A stretch of DNA of 64,000 nt. It comes from Flectonema sp. DT1601 (Eukaryota). The notes beneath the pieces are model-generated. The model did no database searches and was not told the origin of the DNA. It saw only the letters and a list, made by a program, of their open reading frames with translations. Positions 1-11,538 of the stretch are shown here, in pieces. How positions within the stretch are numbered: position 1 is the stretch's first letter; the number at the start of each line of letters is the position of its first letter. Both the position numbers and the translations under genes were made by a program. The stretch spans positions 1,054,001 to 1,118,000 of the forward strand of contig OZ025804.1 of the NCBI GenBank assembly GCA_964019425.1, read 5' to 3'.

Positions 1-872
1 TGTTGGATATAAAATAGTCAAATCTCACCCGCCAAGTAGTACCTCCGAGGGGTCAGATAGCACTACTGAGGAGTCAGACAGCACTTCTTCCGAGTATGAG
101 AAGTCTTCCATCAGCACTAGCTATGATGATGATGATGATGATGATGATGATATCACTTCATGTGGCTCAGATAGCTCATAATTCATCATAAGTTGTGACT
201 TCATATAAAGAAAGTGTTGTACAAGTGTTTTCATTAAGTATCAAAGTAGGTCCAAAAAGACAGTTAGTAGCAATCTGCCTCACCGGCACATGCTTAGTAC
301 TCTTTAATATATTTTTGCTCGATTGTTTTTTCTCTGGATCCCGCTGGGCCAGCAGTACCCTTCGATTAATTTTTAGTTTTGGTACTTGTCCACGGCTGAG
401 CTGATTTAGTAAACCACAAAATCTCTTTTCTCAATTCGGGAGACAAGTATGTGATGCCAACCTCCCGATTTCGGACGGAAATGAATCCAACGATGCAGCG
501 CATTAAAATGCCGCTTCGATCAAAAATTTTACAATTTTTTTTTGAAAGTTTTTTTCAGTGTCCAGAATTTGTTCGCAAAAAAAAGGAATGACTGATATAT
601 CTTTGAACTGAAACAGTTAGATTGCTACCAGCCAACCGTGAGACTCTCACAGACGATAAGAGACGTAGAATAACCTGGAACAAATGACTACTGACCGCAA
701 GCAGACAGTGTTAGAGAAACCTGACAACGCTAATTTTCTTCAAAAAAGCGAGAAAACACCACATTAAATCAGAAAATAAAGTAATGACAAGAAAGCAAAA
801 AAGAAATAATTACACTTGATGAAAGAATTATATTAATATCCAGCCAGTAGTGAGAAACTTGTCCTCCTTACA

Positions 873-2258
873 TTAATTAAAACAACAACACAAGTATTTA
901 AGAATGGATTCACTACTTCTCTTTTTATAACACTGCTCGAAGACAGCCCTATTATTACTAGGCAGCTGAACAGACTCATGGGCGATAGTTTTGGTCAGGA
1001 ATCCATCTCCTACTTCAGTCACACTACTAAGACTTGAAAGGTCAAGAGTAGCCAGTTGTGAACATTCATGCAAGAAATTATTTCCCATGGTGGTGACACT
1101 ACGAAGACCTGAAAGGTCAAGAGTTGTAAGTTGTAGACAGAAATACAAGAAGGAATCTCCAATAGTTGTGACACTACTAAGACTTGAAAGGTCAACAGTA
1201 GTGAGTCGTGAACAGGAATACAAAAAACCTCCTCCAATAGTGGTGAGACTACTAAGACCTGAAAGGTCAACAGCAGTGAGTTGTGAACAGGAAGACAAGA
1301 AACCTTCTTCAATAGTGATGACACTACTAAGACCAGAAAGGTCAAGAGAAGTGAGTTTGTGAGAGCAAGACAAGAAGAAATGTCCAATAATGATGAGATT
1401 ACTAAGACCTGAAAGGTCAAGAGAAGTGAGTTGCGAACAGGAATACAAGGAGTAATTTCCAGTAGTTGTGAGACTACTAAGACCTGAAAGGTCAAGAGCA
1501 GTGAGGTGTGAATGAAACAAGAAGTTATCCCCAATAGTTGTGAGACTACTAAGACTAGAAAGGTCAAGAGAAGTGAGTTGTGAACAGGAAGACATGAAAT
1601 AACTTCCAACTATGGTGAGACTACTGAAACCTGAAAGGTCAACAGAAGTGAGGTGCGAATGAAACAAGAAATAATATCCAATAGTGGTGACACTATTAAG
1701 ACCTGAAAGGTCAACAGCAGTGAGTTGTGAACAGGAAGACATGAAATAATTTCCAATAGCTGTGACACTACTAAGACCAGAAAGGTCAAGAGAAGTAATT
1801 GAAGAATCCCGCATGAAATTTCGTGAGATGATTGTGATGTCGGAATTTGAATTGCGGAAAGAAATCCGTTCGACGACAGAAGGCAGCAAATGTTTACTAA
1901 CACTGAGGCAACCATCTTCTGAGAATGTAGGGGTGTCTAGGTTTAAGTATTCCTCATTGTGGTTTCCAAGCCATTGAAGCAGCTTCTCCCGCTTCGATTC
2001 ATCAACAAACCAGCATTTACCAAATAACTGAAACAACTTCTTCCGCATTTCCATCTCGCTGTCTGCACCCAATCCATGATCTGCCAGACGCTCAGTTTCG
2101 TCAAGGGTGTCACCAGCGAACGAGAGTTCAACTTCCTCCGGATCGACATCCCACTCAAAAGCCGCCCCCTTCAACACGTCGCTCACAAGGGAATCAACAC
2201 CAACTGTGACTGACACAGCAGCGAGTTCCAATTCCGGGAATGTCACAAAAACCTGCAT
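873..2258 (-). CDS. Ubiquitin-like domain + 11 BspA-like LRR modules + C-terminal CCCFN protein (copy 1)
   Basis: Intact ORF. MQVFVTF...LSFAGDTLDETERLADHG resembles the ubiquitin fold and lacks di-Gly. It carries 24-25-aa repeats CSQLTSLDLSGLSSVTTIGxxFL. Start placed at the MQVF Met shared by all paralogs; the ORF track extends to 2390. Confidence 0.85.
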   Translation of the reverse strand: MQVFVTFPELELAAVSVTVGVDSLVSDVLKGAAFEWDVDPEEVELSFAGDTLDETERLADHGLGADSEMEMRKKLFQLFGKCWFVDESKREKLLQWLGNHNEEYLNLDTPTFSEDGCLSVSKHLLPSVVERISFRNSNSDITIISRNFMRDSSITSLDLSGLSSVTAIGNYFMSSCSQLTAVDLSGLNSVTTIGYYFLFHSHLTSVDLSGFSSLTIVGSYFMSSCSQLTSLDLSSLSSLTTIGDNFLFHSHLTALDLSGLSSLTTTGNYSLYSCSQLTSLDLSGLSNLIIIGHFFLSCSHKLTSLDLSGLSSVITIEEGFLSSCSQLTAVDLSGLSSLTTIGGGFLYSCSRLTTVDLSSLSSVTTIGDSFLYFCLQLTTLDLSGLRSVTTMGNNFLHECSQLATLDLSSLSSVTEVGDGFLTKTIAHESVQLPSNNRAVFEQCYKKRSSESILKYLCCCFN

Positions 2259-3327
2259 TGTTTTGAGTGATCTTCTGAAAGAAAAGAAAGGAACGTTAAA
2301 TGCCATGCAGTAACAACAGTTCACACACTTTATCAAGAGAGTGCCCAAACACAATGCGTAGCAATCAACTGTGAATGAAATAAGGTTCATAATTAGTCTT
2401 AGCAGTCACTATCACTATATTTGTAAAATACAACTGTTTTGTATCGTATTAATATAATTTAGGTTTCGAGAGTAATCCATGTGCCTCTTTACCTCCATAC
2501 TCTCATCATCAGTTATGGTGTAGCAGTAAGTCACTTAATTATTTAGATCGAATCACCCACTAGTTAATAATTGATTAGTTAAGCAACAACGTCTTGAAAA
2601 ACTCAACCACATAGCCATGGAGGGTTTGAATAATTTAACATCTGTTAAAGTGAAGTATAGTTATACATAACTTCGACTTGTTACGATACGTCTCCCAAGT
2701 TAATCAACTCATACAACATCAGTATCCACATCAATGTTGGTTCAAAGAAAAGAACTGTTTTCCGATTTTTACATCCCCAAAACTATTATTCCCTTCTAAC
2801 ACCTCACTACCTGTGGGTAATTAGCATTCTATCACTGTATGCACCTGACAAACAAGAATGAAAGGAAAGTAAGAAAAATTAACACGCATAATAACACTAT
2901 CCAGGTCACTATAAAGAAGTATCTACACTGCGAATGGGTGTAGATTACTTCTGCGAAGGGGTTGTGCCAGGCCCAATTCGATTCGACGGGACACCGACGG
3001 GGAAGGGAGGTTGGGCTTAAGAATTATTGAGGAAAGCAGGAAAATCTGATAAAAGAGTGAATACTTGAATCTTATTTTCAATAATATATCTTGCGGACTT
3101 GCTATGAAAGTTCCTCTTATTTATAATAAAAATTTAAAAAAAAAAAGTTCCGATTCTTTATCAGCGGACCAAGTGGTTAGAACCGTCCGTTACATGTCCA
3201 AGCAACGGAAAACGGTGCTCAGTGTTAGTGGCAAATGGAATTTTGAGTGGCACTAAAATGAATAGATTGAGGGAATCATATTTTTATACAATCAACTTCA
3301 TAGTATTACACTTTTAACAAAAAAACA

Positions 3328-4563
3328 TTAATTAAAACAACAACACAAATATTTAAGAATCGATTCACTACTTCTCTTTTTATAACACTGCTCGAAGACA
3401 GCCCTATTATTACTAGGCAGCTGAACAGACTCATGGGCGATGGTTTTGTGCAGGAATCCATCTCCTACTTCAGTCACACTACTAAGACTTGAAAGGTCAA
3501 GAGTAGCCAGTTGTGAACATTCATACAAGAAATTACTTCCAATAGTAGTGACACTACTGAAACCTGAAAGGTCAAGAGCAGTGAGTTGTGAACAGGAAAA
3601 CAAGAAATAATCTCCAACTGTGGTGACACTACTAAGACCTGAAAGGTCAATAGCATTGAGTTGTGAACAGGAATACAAGAAATAATTTCCAATAGTGGTG
3701 ACACTACTGAAACCTGAAAGGTCAAGAGAAGTGAGTTGTGAACAGGAATTCAAGAAGCCATATCCAGTAGTTGTGACACTACTAAGACCTGAAAGGTCAA
3801 GAGAAGTGAGTTGCTGGCAGGAATGCAAGAAGTTATCTGCAATAATGGTGAGACTACTAAGACCTGAAAGGTCAAGAGAAGTGAGTTGTGAAGAAAACAA
3901 GAAGTGATTTCCAATAGTTGTGAGACTACTAAGACTTGAAAGGTCAAGAGAAGTGAGTTGTAAAGAAAACAAAAAGTGATTTCCAATAGTGGTGACACTA
4001 CTAAGACCTGAAAGGTCAATAGCATTGAGTTGTGAACAGGAATGCAAGAAGTTATCTGCAATAGAGGTGAGACTACTAAGACCTGAAAGGTCAAGAGAAG
4101 TGACAGAACATCTCCGCATGAAATTTCGTGAGATGATTGTGATGTCGGAATTTGAATTGCGGAAAGAAATCCGTTCGACGACAGAAGGCAGCATATCATT
4201 ACTAACACTGAGGCAACCATCTTCTGAGAATGTAGGGGTGTCTAGGTTTAAGTATTCCTCATTGTGGTTTCCAAGCCATTGAAGCAGCTTCTCCCGCTTC
4301 GATTCATCAACAAACCAGCATTTACCAAATAACTGAAACAACTTCTTCCGCATTTCCATCTCGCTGTCTGCACCCAATCCATGATCTGCCAGACGCTCAG
4401 TTTCGTCAAGGGTGTCACCAGCGAACGAGAGTTCAACTTCCTCCGGATCGACATCCCACTCAAAAGCCGCCCCCTTCAACACGTCGCTCACAAGGGAATC
4501 AACACCAACTGTGACTGACACAGCAGCGAGTTCCAATTCAGGGAATGTCACAAAAACCTGCAT
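3328..4563 (-). CDS. UBL-LRR-CCCFN protein (copy 2, 9 LRR modules)
   Basis: Intact ORF. N-terminal ~150 aa and C-terminal cap are near-identical to copy 1; the LRR modules differ. Confidence 0.85.
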   Translation of the reverse strand: MQVFVTFPELELAAVSVTVGVDSLVSDVLKGAAFEWDVDPEEVELSFAGDTLDETERLADHGLGADSEMEMRKKLFQLFGKCWFVDESKREKLLQWLGNHNEEYLNLDTPTFSEDGCLSVSNDMLPSVVERISFRNSNSDITIISRNFMRRCSVTSLDLSGLSSLTSIADNFLHSCSQLNAIDLSGLSSVTTIGNHFLFSLQLTSLDLSSLSSLTTIGNHFLFSSQLTSLDLSGLSSLTIIADNFLHSCQQLTSLDLSGLSSVTTTGYGFLNSCSQLTSLDLSGFSSVTTIGNYFLYSCSQLNAIDLSGLSSVTTVGDYFLFSCSQLTALDLSGFSSVTTIGSNFLYECSQLATLDLSSLSSVTEVGDGFLHKTIAHESVQLPSNNRAVFEQCYKKRSSESILKYLCCCFN

Positions 4564-4637
4564 TGTTTTGATTGATCTGCTGAATGACAAGAAAGGATGT
4601 TAAATGCTATGCGGTAACAACAGTTCACACACTTTAT

Positions 4638-4640
<3 letters not shown>

Positions 4641-4676
<36 letters not shown>
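4641..4676. repeat. (GA)n microsatellite, read as a (CT)n pyrimidine tract on the coding strand
   Basis: Directly visible. Shorter versions occur at ~28128 and ~29069 in the duplicated copies. Confidence 0.9.
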
Positions 4677-4678
<2 letters not shown>

Positions 4679-5337
4679 AACACGGTCGGAGAGTTTCCGC
4701 ATCAGGTGCTTGAGAAGATAAGAGAGAGAGGGAGGGAAACGAGCGATAGTTGTTCGAGTGAACACTCACAAGTATTGTGAGCAGCAGAAGATCAAAGAAA
4801 ACAGTCGGTGTGTTTGACAGAGAGGACAACGGACTAAATACAAAAACAGTGGTGCTCACCGCACCTCACCGAGGAATCAATCAATGATCCCCTCGTCTCA
4901 CCAACCGACTGCAAATAGTGGAAGCTGTCAACATCACTCAATTTGAACTAATATCTCAATTTCAGAATAAAAAGAAATGCGATTTTTGGAAGCAAATCCG
5001 AATAAATAAACTCAAAATAAAGAGAAAAAAAACAAGAAATCTTTTTTATTACCCGAAAAGCAGGCAATCGATTGCACTGCACAGGCTGTTACGGGAAACT
5101 CAACATTCTGAGTCCGTTAGTTGAATAGAATTAATTTTGAACAACAATGAAATCAGACGGATGTCTGTACTGTTATTGAATGCTGGTAGTGGGTGTCAGC
5201 AGGCACATCTGTTCGGTGTTTCCTCGATTGATTTTGGTGCTTAAATGAAAAATAAAAAACCTGTTTTCCCAGAATCGATGGTTAAAAGAAGAGGTCAGCT
5301 TACTTCATCATTCGAAATCCCCTTCTCATTTCACATT

Positions 5338-5499
5338 TTAACGGTAGTTCTTGCCGCACTCTCCGCAGTTCGCGGCGTTGCCAGACGGGGTCGGGTTCCC
5401 GCTTCCCACGTTTCTCTTACACCCCGAACACATCGCCGTGCCACAGTTCTTGCAGCTGATGGTCGAGCTGGTTCCACATCCTGATGCCCACTTGCACAT
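5338..5499 (-). CDS. 53-aa 8-Cys zinc-finger-like microprotein (copy A)
   Basis: MCKWASGCGTSSTISCKNCGTAMCSGCKRNVGSGNPTPSGNAANCGECGKNYR*. Three CxxC pairs, GC-richer than its flanks, ATG preceded by a pyrimidine tract and CAACAG. The protein is identical in 3 copies. Confidence 0.7.
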   Translation of the reverse strand: MCKWASGCGTSSTISCKNCGTAMCSGCKRNVGSGNPTPSGNAANCGECGKNYR

Positions 5500-5720
5500 T
5501 TTGTTTTCTCGGGGGTGGTACTGGGTCTTGGGATGCTGTTGAGGGAGGTGAACGAGAGATGAAAAACGTTTGAATCGTCTTAGCTGATCTCCACAGTGTA
5601 AATTTGAGAGGAGAAAAGAGAAAAAAACAGATTACGAAAATGAATGAATGCGTTAGTTCAGAAAAGAAATTTGAACCGCCTTCACTAACTTCATAGTATT
5701 ACACTTTTAACAAAAAACCA

Positions 5721-6731
5721 TTAATTAAAACAACAACACAAATATTTAAGAACCAATTCGCTACATCTCTTTTTATAACACTGCTCGAAGACAGCCCTAT
5801 TATTACTAGGCAGCTGAACAGACTCGAGGGCGATGGTTTTCTTCAAGAATCCATCTCCTATTTTAGTCACACTACTAAGACTTGAAAGGTCAAGAGTAGT
5901 GAGGTGTGGACAGGAAGACACAAAATGTTTTCCAATAGTTGTGAGACTACTAAGACCTGAAAGGTCAAGAGAAGTGAGTTTTGAAAAAGACAAGAAGTTA
6001 TCTCCAATAGTGGTGACACTATTTAGATTTGAAAGGTCGGTAGTGAGTTGTGAACAAAAATACAAGAAAAAATGTCCAATAGTGGTGAGACTACTGAAAC
6101 CTGAAAGGTCAACAGAAGTGAGTTGTTCACACCCAAACAAGAAATAATCTCCAATAGTGGTGACACTATTAAGACCTGAAAGGTCAACAGCAGTGAGTTG
6201 TGAACAGAAATACAAGAAATAATTTCCAACTATGGTGAGACTACTAAGACCAGAAAGGTCAAGAGAAGTGATTGAAGAATCCTGCATGAAATCTTCTGAG
6301 ATGATTGTGATGTCGGAATTTGAATTGCGGAAAGAAATCCGTTCGGCGACAGAAGGCAGCATATCATTACTAACACTGAGGCAACCATCTTCTGAGAATG
6401 TAGGGGTGTCTAGGTTTAAGTATTCCTCATTGTGGTTTCCAAGCCATTGAAGCAGCTTCTCCCGCTTCGATTCATCAACAAACCAGCATTTACCAAATAA
6501 CTGAAACAACTTCTTCCGCATTTCCATCTCGCTGTCTGCACTCAATCCATAATCTGCCAGACGCTCAGTTTCGTCAAGGGTGTCACCAGCGAACGAGAGT
6601 TCAACTTCCTCCGGATCGACATCCCACTCAAAAGCCGCCCCCTTCAACACGTCGCTCACAAGGGAATCAACACCAACTGTGACTGACACAGCAGCGAGTT
6701 CCAATTCAGGGAATGTCACAAAAACCTGCAT
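5721..6731 (-). CDS. UBL-LRR-CCCFN protein (copy 3, 6 LRR modules)
   Basis: Intact ORF with the same architecture as copies 1-2. Confidence 0.85.
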   Translation of the reverse strand: MQVFVTFPELELAAVSVTVGVDSLVSDVLKGAAFEWDVDPEEVELSFAGDTLDETERLADYGLSADSEMEMRKKLFQLFGKCWFVDESKREKLLQWLGNHNEEYLNLDTPTFSEDGCLSVSNDMLPSVAERISFRNSNSDITIISEDFMQDSSITSLDLSGLSSLTIVGNYFLYFCSQLTAVDLSGLNSVTTIGDYFLFGCEQLTSVDLSGFSSLTTIGHFFLYFCSQLTTDLSNLNSVTTIGDNFLSFSKLTSLDLSGLSSLTTIGKHFVSSCPHLTTLDLSSLSSVTKIGDGFLKKTIALESVQLPSNNRAVFEQCYKKRCSELVLKYLCCCFN

Positions 6732-8466
6732 TGTTTTGAGTGATCTGCTGAAAGACAAGAAGGGATGTTAAAATGAGAGAGCGCTTGACCTGTGGCTTAC
6801 GTTTGATTCCCGATCTCCCACCCCGTGGTAGATGTTCTTGTAATCCCAAGTGCTTAAATAGTCACCTGGGAATCCCTGATAGACTGATTAGGTATCATCA
6901 TAATAATAATAATAGTTCACAAGTACTGATGAAATGAATATAATTATTAAGGAAACAGAACCAGACAGACATCAGGGAAACTTTTCCAAAGATGAGGATT
7001 CTTGTTTTTGGTTTTTTTTTTTTTTTTTTTTTTTCTTTGCGCTCTTGTCGGAGGTCCCTCGCAGAACGCATAGTTCAATTACTCAAAGCAATTGGAAAGG
7101 CAAAATTTTATTATAAAAAAAATATATAAAAAAACTCCACCACAAAGCATTGCACGAAGGGATAAAAACCAAAAAAAAAGAAGCGTTGCTACGACAGAGG
7201 CTTTATTCGTACACAAGCTATTGAACATTTCCCTTTTTCTTTTGTTTTTTTTTTTTTTAGTTTTTTTGTAGCATAGAAGGATATAAGAGTTTTCCAAAAA
7301 AAGAAAAAAAAAACTGCCTCGACTTGGCAGTCTTGATTTCCATTAACAAGGAAACATCATGAAGCCAACCAAGATACGGCCGTATTGACTTATTGACCTA
7401 AAAGCAGATTTAAAAAAAAAAAAAAAAAAAAACAACTAACAGGCAAAAAAAAGATAACATCACTACACGCGAGGAAAAAAAAAAACAATATAAAAATATT
7501 AAACATTCTTCAAAACACCGCGCAAAAAAATTGTTGCACCCGAAATTTTCTTAGGGTTTTTCTTAATGAAAATATAAAACTTACCCGCAATACACAAGAA
7601 AAGAATAATAACCCGATCCATGGCACTCGTGCGTCTTAAAGCGAAGGAGGGTTGCTTATGTCTAAACTAAATTAAATGTGACAAGAAGGTCAATTGAAAA
7701 ATTTTAAAGGCTCATTGTAAACCAGCCACCTGGAAAACTCTTTGTATTTTATTGCCTTTGTCGACACGAAGCAAATAGAAACAAAAACGGGAAAAAAAAA
7801 TTTTTAAAAAAATAATAAAAACCTTTCTCGCGAGAATGGTACTACGCACGTAGATTGATGAGCGAAGCCAACGAGAAGAAGAGTGACTTCGCCCGCGGCT
7901 CAACCAAAGGGAGAAAAAAAAAAAAAAAAAGGGGGGGAAAAATAGCTGAAAAAAAAAGAAAGAATGCAGGATTGCAGACTCTCGTTTTCAACATTTTTAT
8001 TTTGCTTTTTTTTTAAAAAAAAGCCCTGTTTTATTATCCATTGCAATCCATAAGCACCCGGGGAGATATTACTTTTTTAAAATAAAAAAAAAAAGAAATG
8101 AGAAAACACACAAAAAAGTCATGAAAAGACTTGTTAAGGTGATTCCAACCAATTTCGTTTTTTTTTTTTATTGATTTTTTTTGTAACACAAAAAAAAAAA
8201 AAAAAAAAGTCACCTGCACCAAACAACAAATATATTTTATAACAAAAATCATATTTTTTTATTTTTTTTAAAATAAAATGGGAAAACACTTCTTTTTTTT
8301 TGCTTTTACAATCAGATCGGTAAGAACATAACCAGTTGATGTACTGTACTTACATAAAGTGAAGTTCGATTGTTCCTTCTACAAAAAAATAGCAACAGGA
8401 ATAGACCCGTTGAATTATAGATTTTATGATTTTTTATTTTTTTTTTTTTTGCACCCATAGATGCAG

Positions 8467-8505
<39 letters not shown>

Positions 8506-8819
8506 AATAGTACACATGGGGAAGAGGAGGAGAAAGTTGAAAAGTATTTTTGAATATTAATATGAAGAAATAAAATATTCATTAACAATAGCACACAGAG
8601 TTTTTTTTTTTTTTTTTTTTTTTTGAAACAGAGTAAAGGGGAATGATTAAAGGCGTATTTTATAACAGGAAAAAAAAAAAACTACTGAAACATGCCAACA
8701 AGGGAGTTCTTATGGTTTGCAGTGGAAGTTCTCTTGTCAACGATGTCGTTTCGCTGGTTGCTCTACCCGAGCATACTGCCAAAGATGTCGAGCTACTAAT
8801 GTTGAGTAGTCTAATGCAG

Positions 8820-10125
8820 TCATTGATCACTTTTCGAAACCATTCTCTTCGACATACACTCGTCGCACGCACGTTCTTTGTTTAGGTATCCAAGATCAAC
8901 CATTTCAATCCGATTCGAGGTACATTTGTCACAAAAGAGTCCTCCACATGACCGACAGTGGTGTTTTCTAGTGAACAATCCGAATTTCGTTGTACACTTA
9001 ACACAGTTAGTAACAGTGGCATCGGCCTTCCAGTCTTTCTCTTTTTCAGTACGACGTCTGAGATATTCAGTATCCCAAACTTGCTTAGCGTGTTTTAAAA
9101 ACTCCTGCCATCCATTAGACTCTTCTTTATCTTCGTTTTTACGAGCGTTGGTCTCATCGTTCTCCTTCTGTTTGCGTTCTTTCGATTCAGTTTCCCGAAG
9201 TTTGCCAAGCCAGTCTACTTCGGATATACACTCTTTTTCAACCTTGTTGCGCTCTGAAGTCTCAGTGTCTTCCATTTGCTTTCTTTCTTTCGCTTCAGAT
9301 TCAAGATGTTTACGAATAGCTTGGTAACCTGCTTGCTCTTCCTTATCTAACTTCCTACGAGCATCGTTCTCATCGCTGGAAAGTCTTTTTTGTCCTTTTT
9401 CTAAGTCTCTGTTCTGCTGCTTCCAGAAAGACATAATTGCGTCCCAGGAGTTAGATTCTTCTTTATTCAGCTTCTTACGCTCAGTTGTTTCACTTTCTTC
9501 TTCTACTTTGCGTTCTTTTGTCTGCGCATCTCTGAATTTCTTTACGGTTATGAAAGCGACGTCTTCTTCTTTTTTAATCTCAACTCGGTGACCTTCTTCT
9601 GCATTAAAAAGAGTTTTACGCATTTGCTGAAGGTTAGCTTCTGTTGCAAAGAACGCAGGCGATGCGGATTCTTCTTCCTTTGATTCTTCTTTTTGCTCTT
9701 CCGGTTGTTTGTCGTCTTCCTTTTTTTCTTCGACGGTGGCTGTTGGTGATGCTGCTGGTTGATCAACTGATTCCGTTGATAAGTTGCTGGTCATCCCTTG
9801 AGAAGAAGCTTTTGGAGAGTCGTCGGCTTCTTCAGGAGTTTGAGTGATAGAAGTCGGTTCCTTCTTTTTTAACATCTCAATTATTTCTTTCCACGCTGCT
9901 AAAACATCATCGTCATTGGTCGCGATAGCTTCTGAACACCTGTTTTTTTTTTTTTTTTTTTTTTAAATTTTCTTATTCTTCCCTCACAACATAAAGGTCT
10001 ATTATACTAAAAAAAATAAACATAACACACTAAACATACTTTGCCTTCAGGACAACACCACAACTATCTTCTGAAAGGTATTTTATGCACAGGTCCTGCT
10101 CTTCTTGAGGAGGTTTGTCACCAAG
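8820..10125 (-). CDS. Coiled-coil protein with C-terminal FYVE zinc finger (spliced; 5' end unresolved)
   Basis: WKAD...CVKCTTKFGLFTRKHHCRSCGGLFCDKC...RACDEC matches the FYVE signature. Exons 8820-9939 and 10040-10125 join in frame through a GT-AG intron. Further upstream exons are likely (~10227-10472). Confidence 0.85.
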
Positions 10126-10865
10126 CTGATGTAATTTTTTTTATTTTTTTTGGATGACAAGGAAATATAATAAATTTAAAACTAATTATCAATAACGAAA
10201 TTAAAAAGAAAAAACGTGACTTGGATAACTACATTCACTAATAAGGCTTTGCAGTTTTCCTTTGAACCTTATTCAGCATATCGAATCAAAACGTCAGAAA
10301 TAAGAGTATTTCAGCAAGACCCAGAATACAAGCAGTTCAAGTTTACGATGCAGTATGATGATAACCCGTCGTCTCGAAGAGTTGACAACGATAAGTTGTT
10401 GTGCCTCGACACGTTTGGAGTTCGCAAAGTCGTTGTCAACACGGATCGTATTCGTGATGTTGTCGAGGCTGTCTGAGATCAGCGCAGAAGTGAATCATTA
10501 TAACTGGATTCCGTCCCCACACAAAATCGTTGCTTCAAATAAATCACCAGAGAAAGAAATACTGTCGGAGACCACGCACTAAAGGCTAAGCATCCCATGC
10601 CCTGCAGGTCGTTACAGATTGATATCGGGATGATACGAAAGGATATATGTGTACTTGGATAAATAAATCAATATAAGAGGGTTGGTTCATACCTTTCCTG
10701 CAAGCTGTACTACTGAAGGTATCAACGAATCCATGAGCGGAATATAAAAGTAATAAAACTGGAAATATAAGTAAGTTAAGAATTTCTGTACTACCAACAA
10801 CATAACGTAAACGATAAAGGATAGACAGGTGAACTGTGGAGATCATTAACCTTATCCTGTAGAAG

Positions 10866-10927
10866 TCTCATCCTCAGTTATAGTGAAGCAGTAAGTCACT
10901 CAATTATTTAGACCGAATCACCCACTA
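10866..10927. repeat. ~62-bp dispersed repeat
   Basis: tctcatc..cagttat..tg.agcagtaagtcact.aattatttaga.cgaatcacccacta also occurs at 2501-2562 and 27604-27665. Confidence 0.8.
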
Positions 10928-11538
10928 ATAACCAATCCTGGTACTGGAATTACTTTGTTGTTTATATCCGAAATAAAACAAACTTTGAGAGGGGGGAGAC
11001 TTGGATAAATAAATCAAGTGTTAATTAGACACGAATCATTATAACTGGATTCCGCCCAAACAAAATCGCATATAAAATAAACCTTGAGAAGGGGGTTGAA
11101 AAAATCTAATTATTTAACAGGCGGATTAAAAAAAAAAAAAACATAACAAAACAATTTAATAATTAAAGTCGAAGGAAGCTCAGATGATTCCTCCATCCTG
11201 ATAAGCAATCCCATAAAGTATATTTCGTTGAAACGAATCCTCTGAATGAGTTCTTTGACTCTCGAGATTCTGTTTCCAGATGAAATAATAAAATATTGGT
11301 CATCTTATCGTCCTCTTAGCCAACCTTGGTCGGTACAACAAAACCCAGTGTTCGGTACAGAGATAATGTTTCCTTTAAACAAAACAAAAACCGTTGAGTA
11401 TAAAAAAAAAAAAAAAGAACTTAATTCCGAGAAGGCTGAGGATCTTTCTTGTCTATTTTCCTGATGCTGTCTCTGCATGAGGTCTGGTGGTGTTTGTTTA
11501 AAACAGATTCAAGTCTGACGAAAATCTAGTTTTTTTAT

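Noticed and set aside
1..190. (GAT)n tract and Ser/Glu-rich minus-strand frame
   Set aside because: In-frame stops and no homology cue; treated as simple repeat or decayed sequence.
10216..10476. Plus-strand 86-aa ORF
   Set aside because: GTG start, no motif, and it overlaps probable minus-strand exons of the FYVE gene.
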